DNA of 57,777 nucleotides from Candidatus Microgenomatus auricola (GTDB lineage: Bacteria > Patescibacteriota > Patescibacteriia > SBBC01): NCBI GenBank assembly GCA_005239865.1, contig SBBC01000033.1, positions 1 to 57,777 of the forward strand. Direction: 5' to 3'. This document shows, one piece after another, positions 1-9,290 of the stretch. Made by a program: the position numbers and the translations under genes. The stretch's first letter is position 1. Every line of letters starts with the position of its first letter. The notes under the pieces are model-generated. The model worked only from the letters and a program-made list of their open reading frames with translations, did not search any database and was not told where the DNA came from.

Positions 1-84
1 AAGGAATGCGAGTTCCGCTTCAACTACCGACACGCAAATCTCTTTCGAACACTCATGAAACTTGTCAAGGGACTACCCCTCTAA

Positions 85-522
85 ACTAGTCTTGACCCAT
101 TACAATATGTCTATACCGCGGCAATTCGAGACCTCGATAAACTTTCGACATTTTATGTCAAGACAGATTCATACCTCTTCGATAAGGATGAAAAACAACA
201 GCAGAATATGATAGGTTCTTTTGGGGGAGAGCAAGGACGAATTAACCCTCCTGAAGTACTCGAAGCGTTTCGTAAGCACGAGCCGATTCCTAGGGACAAG
301 TGTCGGTCCTATGAGGCATACATGCTCCAGTATCTGTCATGGATTTTTGATCTCAACTTATCAGACAGTCTACAAGCATCTGTTTCGTCAGGAATGATTA
401 GCAAAACACTCCGTTATTTGAAAAGTCGTCTTTCACGTGAAGAGTATGGAGTAATCGAGGATACTATTCAGGGATATGTAACGGAGCGAGGGCTCGGTAG
501 TATTCGCGGACCACAAGAATGA
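85..522 (+). pseudogene. 3' part of an HD-domain phosphohydrolase, 5'-truncated or frameshifted
   Basis: Frame 1 is open from the TAA at 82-84 and reads TSLDPLQYVYTAAIRDLDKL... into ORF 208..522. IRDxDKL and LxYLSWIFDLN resemble the C-terminal half of HD-domain proteins; the HD motif itself is not seen. Confidence 0.55.
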
Positions 523-701
523 CGATCAGTAAATGAATAACCGAGTGCGGAGTTACGGAAAAGTAGAAACAGTATTATCGTGGTAGGGACGCTACCAAGG
601 AGGGACTTGATCAATTAAAGTTCGTCTTGACCAATGTTAGTGCGATATGGTAAAAATACTTGTAAGACGATGATAACGATGACAACGACGGAGCAGCGCC
701 G

Positions 702-1385
702 ATGAAAATCGCGGTCGTCATCCCTGCCTTCAACGAAGAGCGGGTGATTGGCTCAGTTCTCAAGCAGCTTCCTCGGAAACTTCCCGGGATTGAGACTATC
801 GATATGATTGTTGTGAATGATGGATCGACCGACGCGACAGAAAACATCGCCAAAACATTTGATGTGGTTGTCCTTCGTCATGTGATCAACCGTGGTCTTG
901 GCGCCACCCTCGGGACTGGTCTTGCGTATGCTCGGGACCACGGCTACGATCTCGTGGTGACTTTTGATGCTGATGGCCAGCATGATCCGGCAGAGTTGAA
1001 AGACGTCATTCAACCCGTCCTTCAGGGACGTGCCGAGGTGGTGGTCGGAACGAGGTTGAAAAAACCGGATGGCATGCCCTGGCATCGACGGATTGGAATT
1101 TGGGCATTTAACCTTATAACCTTCGTACTCTTCGGGGTCTGGACGACCGATTCCCAGTCGGGATTGCGGGTCTTTAGCCGACGCGCGCTCGAGCAGATGG
1201 AAATCGATTTTCAGGGGATGGAAGTTTCCTCTGGATTATTTTCGGAGATCGGGCGGTTGAAGCTTCGTTACGTCGAGGTTCCCATTCAGGCTATTTACAC
1301 CGATTACTCTTTGGCCAAGGGGCAACGACCCGGAAATGGGTTTTCTATCCTCTTCCGATTGCTTTGGCACAAATTCGTTAAATGA
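702..1385 (+). CDS. GT2 glycosyltransferase, DPM-synthase-like (polyprenol-phosphate glycosyltransferase)
   Basis: Motifs VIPAFNEE, VNDGSTD, NRGLG, DADGQH, TDSQSGLR. Confidence 0.9.
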   Translation: MKIAVVIPAFNEERVIGSVLKQLPRKLPGIETIDMIVVNDGSTDATENIAKTFDVVVLRHVINRGLGATLGTGLAYARDHGYDLVVTFDADGQHDPAELKDVIQPVLQGRAEVVVGTRLKKPDGMPWHRRIGIWAFNLITFVLFGVWTTDSQSGLRVFSRRALEQMEIDFQGMEVSSGLFSEIGRLKLRYVEVPIQAIYTDYSLAKGQRPGNGFSILFRLLWHKFVK

Positions 1386-1386
1386 C

Positions 1387-1743
1387 ATGAGTGTCGAGTT
1401 ACCGTTTCCGCTAACACCGTTCAAGGTAATCCTCAGTATCTTTGTTATTTTTACTTGGACTCGAGTCCTCAAACGATATCATGAGAGAACTTTTACCATA
1501 GGGGAATTCCTAGTATGGACGCTTCTTTGGGGTGGGGGGGTCGTGGCAATATATATTCCAGGGAAGACAGATTTCATTGCGCGTCTCCTCGGTGTTGGTC
1601 GTGGTGCCGATGCGATTTTTACTTTGAGCATTTTGACTTTGTTTTACATTATTTACCGACTGTACGCACAGATTTATGCGCTTCGTCGTGATGTGACAAA
1701 ACTAGTACAACGGCTTGCGCGAGAGCGTACAGAGAGGATGTAG
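1387..1743 (+). CDS. DUF2304-family small membrane protein
   Basis: Three TM segments, IARLLGVGRGAD motif, C-terminal TKLVQRLA; ATG at 1387 follows the GT2 stop, a typical pairing. Confidence 0.8.
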   Translation: MSVELPFPLTPFKVILSIFVIFTWTRVLKRYHERTFTIGEFLVWTLLWGGGVVAIYIPGKTDFIARLLGVGRGADAIFTLSILTLFYIIYRLYAQIYALRRDVTKLVQRLARERTERM

Positions 1744-1836
1744 CATCGTTCGTCCGATGCGAATACAGGACTTTATCGTGTTGACACTACATGTTCTCAA
1801 GAGTTCACTTGGTGGTCAGGCAAAAGAGCTTCGGAC

Positions 1837-2991
1837 ATGACGATCGTGCTGGTGACCGAATTTTTTCCGATCACCCTCGGACTCGACGTTCGAGGCGGGG
1901 TTGAAACCGTCAGCGTCTACTGGACTCAGGTTTTGCTGCGTCGGCAACATCGTGTAATTGTACTTGCATCACGCGAGTACGGGACACCAAAACGCAGCTT
2001 GAATGGATCGCTTTCAGTCATCCGATGCGGGTTTCCTCGCGCCTTTAGTCAATCGGGATTTCTTCTCGAGAGACTCAGTTTTTTATTTCACGCGTCACTC
2101 TTGCGACTGCAGGAAAAACCCGATGTGATTATCGGAATGAATTTTCTCGGATACCTACCTGCCTTGGCACTCAGTCGACGATATCGTGTGCCCGTAGTAG
2201 CGGCCTACCATGACGTATGGATTGGCAAGTGGATCAAGAACGTCGGTTTGCTCCCCGGGATTCTCGGTGAGATGTATGAGCGAATGATTCTTCGTGCCGG
2301 GTGGAGTTTTTTTATCGCAAACAGCAACATCACCAAACAAAAATTAATTAGATGCGGTCGTCTTGCTGCCGAACAAATTGCCGTAATCTACAACCCGATC
2401 GATCTTGTTCGGTACCGGTCGCTGCGTGTCAATAAATCTGGTCATCCAACGGTCTGCTATGTAGGTCGTTTGGTCCGCTATAAGCGTATTGATGACCTCC
2501 TGCGGGCATTTGCAGTTGTACATCACTTGATTCCCCTACTCAAAGGTCGAATCATCGGTATCGGACCGGAAGAACAACGATTGCGCAAATTGACCCAAGA
2601 TCTTGGTCTTGAGTCAAGCGTAAACTTCCTGGGGTCACTGCCGAAACACGAAGACGTTATGGTAGAGATCGGACGAGCCCATCTGTTTTGCCTTCCTTCC
2701 GCAGTTGAAGGGTTTGGAATTGTCACCATTGAGGCCATGGCGATGGGGACGCCTTACGTCAACACCGCCATTCCCGCGACGACCGAAATTACCGACAATG
2801 GGATTGGCGGTATTCTTTATCCGGTGGGTGACATTCAGGCATTAGCTGAAGGGATTATCAAGCTCATCAGCGACAAGAACATGAACGAACGTAAGCGACG
2901 TGAGGGCCGTGCATTCGTCGAGCGATATAATCTTGAGTCAATAGGCGCAACTCTTGATCAAGCGCTCTTATCTCTGACCACATCGATCTGA
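1837..2991 (+). CDS. GT4 glycosyltransferase
   Basis: YVGRLVRYKR and EGFGIVTIEAMA (EX7E) motifs. Confidence 0.9.
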   Translation: MTIVLVTEFFPITLGLDVRGGVETVSVYWTQVLLRRQHRVIVLASREYGTPKRSLNGSLSVIRCGFPRAFSQSGFLLERLSFLFHASLLRLQEKPDVIIGMNFLGYLPALALSRRYRVPVVAAYHDVWIGKWIKNVGLLPGILGEMYERMILRAGWSFFIANSNITKQKLIRCGRLAAEQIAVIYNPIDLVRYRSLRVNKSGHPTVCYVGRLVRYKRIDDLLRAFAVVHHLIPLLKGRIIGIGPEEQRLRKLTQDLGLESSVNFLGSLPKHEDVMVEIGRAHLFCLPSAVEGFGIVTIEAMAMGTPYVNTAIPATTEITDNGIGGILYPVGDIQALAEGIIKLISDKNMNERKRREGRAFVERYNLESIGATLDQALLSLTTSI

Positions 2992-3001
2992 CTTCGCAGA
3001 A

Positions 3002-4144
3002 ATGATTTCCTCGCTCCACAATCGTCGAACAGGACAAGAATCTCGCGTTGATCACGACCGTCATTCACATGCCGAACATCCTTCAAAGTCCATTGCGTTA
3101 CTTGTTAGCACCTTCGATGCTTTTAGTGGTATCGACCGTGTGGTCGAACTTCAGGCGATCGAACTGGCGGGGCGAGGCCATCATGTGACAATTATTGCTC
3201 TCGCAGCCACAATGCCAGCACCTCGCGGTACACGTCTACTCACCCTCGGACTTCCATCGTCGACACTGCTCCAACGTCTCTACCGATTATTGATGTTTCT
3301 CGATCAGTCAAAAATCCAGCAGGCGGCTAATCTCCTTAGAGATACTGATATTGTGTACAGTCATCAGTATCCAATGAACCTCATCGCCCTGGAAGCACGA
3401 AAACGCTATGGGTCGACATTTATCTATTATGACCACGGCCTGCCCCCCGCGCGGGTTTTCGGTAGTATCGTTGAACGGGTGTACATTATCCTTTTTCGGT
3501 GGTTCGCCAAGTGGACTGTCCGCCGCGCTGACCGTATAATAACGATCAGCTATTTTCTCCGCCAGGAACTTCAACGACAGACCGGCAAGAAGGCCGAGGT
3601 GATTTACGATCGAATTGACGAACGTCGGTATCATCGAGGCCTTGATCAGGACACGGCCCGAAGATTTATTGGCATCGACGACCGGTTAATGGCGCTATTC
3701 GTCGGTCGCCTCTCACCACATAAAGGAGTTCATCTTCTCCTCCAGGCATGGTCAATTGTCTTTCGGAAAATCCCAAACGTAAAACTCGTGATCGTTGGCA
3801 AGGCAACTTTTCCCCGATATTTACGCAAACTCCACAACCTAGGAAAGGGGATTAACGTCTTGTTCACCGGTGTCGTTTCTGACGAAGACCTTCCGCGATA
3901 CTTCGCCGCCTGCGATATTTACGTCACCGCTTCACTCTGGGAAGGGTTTAATTTACCAATGGCCGAAGCGCACGCATGCGGTAAACCAATCGTTGCCTTT
4001 GACGTCGGTCCCCACAGAGAAATAGCCCGCAAGCGGTCGCGTTTTGTAGCTGCAGGAAACATCACCGAACTCGCCCACGCCATCATCGCGGTCTTCGAAG
4101 AAATACGGGACGATCTTTCGGTTGAACGAAGCGCAAGACCGTAG
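3002..4144 (+). CDS. GT4 glycosyltransferase
   Basis: FVGRLSPHKG and EGFNLPMAEAHA motifs; true start may lie downstream. Confidence 0.9.
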   Translation: MISSLHNRRTGQESRVDHDRHSHAEHPSKSIALLVSTFDAFSGIDRVVELQAIELAGRGHHVTIIALAATMPAPRGTRLLTLGLPSSTLLQRLYRLLMFLDQSKIQQAANLLRDTDIVYSHQYPMNLIALEARKRYGSTFIYYDHGLPPARVFGSIVERVYIILFRWFAKWTVRRADRIITISYFLRQELQRQTGKKAEVIYDRIDERRYHRGLDQDTARRFIGIDDRLMALFVGRLSPHKGVHLLLQAWSIVFRKIPNVKLVIVGKATFPRYLRKLHNLGKGINVLFTGVVSDEDLPRYFAACDIYVTASLWEGFNLPMAEAHACGKPIVAFDVGPHREIARKRSRFVAAGNITELAHAIIAVFEEIRDDLSVERSARP

Positions 4145-4152
4145 AGGTCAAG

Positions 4153-5637
4153 ATGAAGCGTACAACTGTTGTGGGAACGTTCCAACTCATCATCCTCGCA
4201 CTCGTTATCGTTTTTGTGCAGTTGTACTACAACGCTGACCATCAATTGCCACCCTGTTGTGATACCGCCCATACGCTAGTTCGGGCAAAGGCGATCACAA
4301 TGAATGAGTCGGTCAGCGGGATCTTGCCATACAACCCTTCATTCAGAGAACCAATGTACGGGGGCTTCATTTCGACCGAATTTCCTGTTCACGTTTTCCT
4401 TTCGCTATTCTATCAAGTTCAACCTGACCTCATTGGTGACCTAGCATTCGGTAAAAAGTTTTTTGTCGGGATGTTTCTCCTACCCGCCCTGTCTATCTAC
4501 ATTCTGGCCAACCGACTTCTCCACTCATCCATCGCCGGTATAATCGCGGTTCTCATCGTATATTTCGCCTACTGGTTTGGCAATGCCTATTGGACTGGTC
4601 ATGTTGCACAAATTCTCGGCATGTTCATTATTCCGTTCTATATATACTTTATTGTTCGCTACGAAGAGGAGGGCATGATTTTTTTCCTCTACTTTCCTCT
4701 GGTCATACTCCTTTTTTCTTTCTGGGTACATGTCTTGACCTTTCTCATTCTCCTTCTCGTTACAGCCAGTTACGCGATGATTAAAATTTTTTCAACTGGC
4801 GGGAAAGCCAAGGCGGCGATCGCCTACACTGCATTTAGCACCGCCACAATTGTCTATTTTTTGCTCGCACCATTAAATCTCCTCCCTCATTTCGAAGTCA
4901 ATGCGATGTACAATCAGTTTGGAAGCATCATCGAAAGTTCATTCGGGGGAGTGGTATTCCTGACGTTATTGATGGTCGGCTCATTCTTCGCCATCCGAAA
5001 AAGAAGAATACTCATAGTCTGGTTCCTCGTAACCTATTTTTTGACCCAATCGACTTGGCTCGGAGTGCCCTTTTTCGGGATTCGTTTCACCGAGTTCATT
5101 ATTACCCCAATCGCCATCATAGTAGTTTATGGTATGAAGGAATCTTTTAAGGCGATTGGAATGAGAAAAACTGGTTCAGTAGCGATGGCGGTTCTTCTCC
5201 TCATCTTTTTGCCCTTCGGCTTGATGCAGCAGGAGAGGTTGAAATCCTGCTACATTGACAATTGCCTGGGCCTCAACCCGACGCAAATCCCGCCAGACGA
5301 TCTCCAGGCGATGTCATGGATCAAAACAAATATCCCCCGAGAAAGCGTTTTTATCGGACCTCAAAAGTTCGGGTACTATCTTCCTTTCATCACCGATAAT
5401 ACCATTGAGTTTCCAGTGCTTGAACGAATTTCAATTTTTACCGCGCCGACGTCAGCTGAACGATGGCAAATTGCAAAGGGTATCGGCATTGACTATATAT
5501 TTTGGGACGCGATCATTGATTCGTACAAGAACGAACACCCCGATTTTAACAACTACGCGATCGAACCCCTTGAGAACGAAAAGTACTTTGCAAAAGTCTA
5601 TGACGAAGGAAACGCAAAAATATTCGCTGTTCGTTGA
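4153..5637 (+). CDS. Polytopic membrane protein, probable GT-C-fold glycosyltransferase
   Basis: About 11-12 hydrophobic segments, DTAH in the first loop, C-terminal AMSWIKTNIP...IDYI...FAKVYDEG domain typical of GT-C proteins. Confidence 0.6.
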   Translation: MKRTTVVGTFQLIILALVIVFVQLYYNADHQLPPCCDTAHTLVRAKAITMNESVSGILPYNPSFREPMYGGFISTEFPVHVFLSLFYQVQPDLIGDLAFGKKFFVGMFLLPALSIYILANRLLHSSIAGIIAVLIVYFAYWFGNAYWTGHVAQILGMFIIPFYIYFIVRYEEEGMIFFLYFPLVILLFSFWVHVLTFLILLLVTASYAMIKIFSTGGKAKAAIAYTAFSTATIVYFLLAPLNLLPHFEVNAMYNQFGSIIESSFGGVVFLTLLMVGSFFAIRKRRILIVWFLVTYFLTQSTWLGVPFFGIRFTEFIITPIAIIVVYGMKESFKAIGMRKTGSVAMAVLLLIFLPFGLMQQERLKSCYIDNCLGLNPTQIPPDDLQAMSWIKTNIPRESVFIGPQKFGYYLPFITDNTIEFPVLERISIFTAPTSAERWQIAKGIGIDYIFWDAIIDSYKNEHPDFNNYAIEPLENEKYFAKVYDEGNAKIFAVR

Positions 5638-5929
5638 AGAACGGATCGCGACTCTCATAGTTTTTATAGTTGCAGCTTCCTTGTTTATTTGGATCGATGT
5701 TCGCGTTGGTGATATTCCAAAAATTCTTCAATGGGCGGTCTTCCTGCCCCTTCGACTAGGACAACGATTGAGCGCAATGCTTCCGTTGAAGGAAGATTTC
5801 GAAATTCTCCTCTCTATCCTTCTGGGCGTACCGCTCCTTCTTGTGTACTGGGTTTACCTTTACTCCTCGGTTGAGTCGTTTCTTCGCTACCTCATTCGTA
5901 ACGCTAAACAGACAGCAAGCATTGAATGA
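5600..5929 (+). CDS. Small hypothetical membrane protein
   Basis: 3' part of ORF 5255..5929 with two hydrophobic helices; fills the gap between convergent genes; start uncertain. Confidence 0.4.
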   Translation: MTKETQKYSLFVEERIATLIVFIVAASLFIWIDVRVGDIPKILQWAVFLPLRLGQRLSAMLPLKEDFEILLSILLGVPLLLVYWVYLYSSVESFLRYLIRNAKQTASIE

Positions 5930-5971
5930 ACTCGTTCGTTGAAACCGGTCGTCACTCGCCGAATGTCGGTT

Positions 5972-8095
5972 CTAGGTTGACGGCGACCGTTCCGGCGTAA
6001 CGTACGCACGCCGGATGAGATGTCGTTCGATGTCCGGGATCGGCACTCGACGAATAGCCTGGATAGCGCTTCGTTTAGCGAGCATCTTGGGAATGCCTCG
6101 CAGGGCGTCCCACTTAGCACGGATGATGACCCTCAAGCGTCGCCGTTTTGCGTAGAGCAAGAAGGTTCCAAACTGGGTGGCGATGATACCCGGCAGGTAT
6201 TTCCACCACAGCGCCGTTGGGAAATCTTTAACCAAGAACCACAGGTTGTTGCGGTGACCGTGGTAGATGGAGAAATCTGAAGACGGCCCCCCGGACGTCG
6301 CGCCCTCTTTGTGATACCCAACCGCCGTTGGGACGTAAACCGCTTCGTAGCCATTCATCCGGAGCCGGAAACCGACGTCTTGTTCGTCGAAATAAGCGAA
6401 GAAATCGTTATCCCAGACTTGACCGTCAGGCGTCATGATTTTACGCAAGCCCTCAGTTCGGTAAAGACCAAGCCCAGAGCATGGACAAAAGAGTGGATAC
6501 CATTCGCTTTTTCGGTTATATCCAAGTCCAGCGGTGGTCATCGCGATACCCAAATTATCAATTCGTTCGCGCTGAAAGTAGTTCATCATCCGTCCAGCTA
6601 CCATCCCAATTCGTTCGTTGACTTCGGCCGGAGCCACAAGATGAGCGATCGTGTCCGCTTCGACCATGAGATCATTGTTCACCATGGCGACGTACTTTAC
6701 CGTCCGATCATTCAAGGCCTGACGGATACCAGCATTATTTCCACCAGCCACCCCTAGATTTTTAACGTTTTGTACTACCTCGATTGTCTGGGCAAACTTC
6801 TCTTTCAGACGGTCACCCTCGCGGTTGTTGGAACCATTGTCCACAATGATGATCTTCAGGTTTGGGTACGATGATTGTTGCAGCGACTCAACACATTCAA
6901 CTGTTTGATCATAGGCGTTCCAGTTCAGGACGACGATGGCGACCGTTGGTTGCTCGCGTTTAGCAAGCAATCCACGTTGTCGCATTTCTTCAAGCGCTAT
7001 GTAGAAACGGTCTTCTGCCATTTGATCTTTTGACCAACGGTGAAGTTCAGACATTCCATCAACGAAATCGATTTGCGGCACGAAATCCAACATGCGTCGA
7101 ATTTTTGCGATATCAGCTCGACTGTGCCGAAAGTCGTTCTTGCGATATTCATGATTCACAACTGGTTCCATCGTCGCGTCGTGGAGTTTAATAAGAAGCT
7201 TTGCTAGTGCCAAAATCTCGATTCCTTGGCCCGTGCCGACGTTAAATATCTGTCCATTGGCTTCGTCCTTTTCATATGCCAGAATGCAAGCCCGGACTAC
7301 ATCGTAGACCGATATGAAATCGCGCGATTCATGGCCATCCTCGATGACAAGTGGCGAATTTCCGTTTTTAATCCGTGAAGAGAAAATCGCAATCACGCCG
7401 GTATATGGATTTGAGAGTGATTGTCGCGGTCCGTAGACGTTAAAAAATCGGAGAATGGTATAGGGGATATCGTATGTACGCGCCACCGACTCGAGCAATT
7501 CTTCACAAGCTTTTTTATTTAATCCGTAAACGAACCTCGGGCGCAACGGCTGGGTTTCGGGGATCGGGGACGGGACCATCACACGTTGGCAGTGTTGACA
7601 ATGAAGCTCCCAGTCTCTCTGTTCTAGCTGTTCAATCGAACGCAAACCTGGAAACTGAAGTCCATGTTCTGGGCAGGTGTGGGCGCACTCGCCGTAGCTC
7701 GTAGCACTTCCGGCAAAAATGATCTTTGGTCGCCAACCGGTTTCAACCAGTATATCAAGTAGTTGTGCCAGTCCACCGAGGTTGACCGAGACGTATTTCT
7801 CAATCTGGTACATTGATTGTCCAGTGCCGACAGCAGAAGCAAAATGGAAGACGGCGTCGACACCATCAAGCGCACTCCGGAGGACTTTGCGATCGCGAAC
7901 ATCGCCTTCAATGAACTCACAGGAAGGACTAAGGTACGTCGGTATGCCGTTTGGATGAATCTGTGGATCGAGGTTGTCGAGAATTCGAACACGATACCCG
8001 GCTTCAACTAACCGATCTGTCAAATGCGATCCGATGAATCCTGCACCACCGGTGATGAGTACACATTTAGGCATAGAGTTGACGATAGAGCTCAA
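5972..8095 (-). CDS. Fusion of an NAD-dependent epimerase/dehydratase (N-terminal) and a GT2 glycosyltransferase (C-terminal)
   Basis: TGGAGFIG, YxxxK, RFFNVYGP; then VVLNWNA, VDNGS, NLGVAGGNN, NND, FFAYFDEQD. Confidence 0.85.
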   Translation of the reverse strand: MSSIVNSMPKCVLITGGAGFIGSHLTDRLVEAGYRVRILDNLDPQIHPNGIPTYLSPSCEFIEGDVRDRKVLRSALDGVDAVFHFASAVGTGQSMYQIEKYVSVNLGGLAQLLDILVETGWRPKIIFAGSATSYGECAHTCPEHGLQFPGLRSIEQLEQRDWELHCQHCQRVMVPSPIPETQPLRPRFVYGLNKKACEELLESVARTYDIPYTILRFFNVYGPRQSLSNPYTGVIAIFSSRIKNGNSPLVIEDGHESRDFISVYDVVRACILAYEKDEANGQIFNVGTGQGIEILALAKLLIKLHDATMEPVVNHEYRKNDFRHSRADIAKIRRMLDFVPQIDFVDGMSELHRWSKDQMAEDRFYIALEEMRQRGLLAKREQPTVAIVVLNWNAYDQTVECVESLQQSSYPNLKIIIVDNGSNNREGDRLKEKFAQTIEVVQNVKNLGVAGGNNAGIRQALNDRTVKYVAMVNNDLMVEADTIAHLVAPAEVNERIGMVAGRMMNYFQRERIDNLGIAMTTAGLGYNRKSEWYPLFCPCSGLGLYRTEGLRKIMTPDGQVWDNDFFAYFDEQDVGFRLRMNGYEAVYVPTAVGYHKEGATSGGPSSDFSIYHGHRNNLWFLVKDFPTALWWKYLPGIIATQFGTFLLYAKRRRLRVIIRAKWDALRGIPKMLAKRSAIQAIRRVPIPDIERHLIRRAYVTPERSPST

Positions 8096-9290
8096 TCAGC
8101 TTTGGGAATACTTTTGTAGTATCGAAACGTGTTAGCACTGTTTCTCTCGCCCGGTGGCCGAGACGCTCTCGCAAGGAGTTGTCATTGATCAGACGACGGA
8201 GATCTTTCGTCAATTCCTCAACTGAACCAGGAGAAAAGAGTAAACCGTTTTCACCATCAGTTACCACATCAACATTCCCACCAATCGCACTGGCCACCAC
8301 CGGTAAACCAACGCTCATCGCTTCAAGAAGTGCATTCGGAAGTCCTTCTCGACGAGATGGAAAGATAAAAATATCGCTTGCTTGTAGCGCATTGAAGACA
8401 TCCTTTCGTTCACCGAGAAACAGTATACTCGAGGTTAGGGCGCGTTGTCGAACTTCGTTTTGCAACTGGTCTTCTACGCTATCCAGACTTCCTCTCCCAC
8501 TTCCCACAATCAAAACCATCGCTCGAGAATGCAGATCGGGCGCCGTCGCCCAAGCGCGTACAAGAAGATCAATGCCCTTACGGTGAATTAAGCGACCACT
8601 GAAAGTGATGGCGATTTTGTCGTTTGGAATCTTAAATATTGCACGGAGGGAGTTGCGTGTCCACCGGTCGGCCGGAGAGAATACCTCGGCGTCAATAGCG
8701 TTGGGGATAACCACAAGTTTGTCTTGTAGGAATCCGTGATTCTGGAGCTCAACACTGATTTCTCGACTAATGCCGATAATCCGATCGGCCATCTTCAGGA
8801 TACTATTAATCACTCGGTTAACGATACGATGAATGAACGACGGATGAGCATTGACGTTTGCGCTCGTTTCCACCAGCTCCTTATGAATGTCTCCGGCCGT
8901 AGCAATTTTCACGACGGATTTTTTCCGAAGGAGTCGCACCACGAGAATGGCTACCGCGCCTGCAATTGAAGTGCCACTATGAAGGTGAACAACATCAAAA
9001 CGATGTCGAAGAGCGACGAGTTCCCAACTAGCGGAAAAGGCAAAGATAAACTCATACCAGATTCGACCGTAACCCGATGGCGGAACCCGGTAGACGTCGA
9101 CATGATCAATGACTTCGTGCGCTGGCAGTTCTGGCGAAAGTTTTCTCGTCAAGACGAAGACCGCAGTCCCCTGTTGACGTAGGAAGTTCGTAAGCAAACG
9201 ACATTGGACTTCAGAGCCGCCGATAAACGGTTCATAGCGCTCGATGAGCATGCAGATGCGAGGAATCATCGTTGAAATTCTTTCTGCCAT
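8067..9290 (-). CDS. GT4 glycosyltransferase
   Basis: FSGRLIHRKG and EGLPNALLEAM motifs. Confidence 0.9.
   Translation of the reverse strand: MAERISTMIPRICMLIERYEPFIGGSEVQCRLLTNFLRQQGTAVFVLTRKLSPELPAHEVIDHVDVYRVPPSGYGRIWYEFIFAFSASWELVALRHRFDVVHLHSGTSIAGAVAILVVRLLRKKSVVKIATAGDIHKELVETSANVNAHPSFIHRIVNRVINSILKMADRIIGISREISVELQNHGFLQDKLVVIPNAIDAEVFSPADRWTRNSLRAIFKIPNDKIAITFSGRLIHRKGIDLLVRAWATAPDLHSRAMVLIVGSGRGSLDSVEDQLQNEVRQRALTSSILFLGERKDVFNALQASDIFIFPSRREGLPNALLEAMSVGLPVVASAIGGNVDVVTDGENGLLFSPGSVEELTKDLRRLINDNSLRERLGHRARETVLTRFDTTKVFPKLIELYRQLYA

Noticed and set aside
660-700. GACGATGATAACGATGACAACGACG trinucleotide-like run upstream of the first GT2
   Set aside because: Short low-complexity tract with no second copy noticed; it may simply encode an N-terminal extension.
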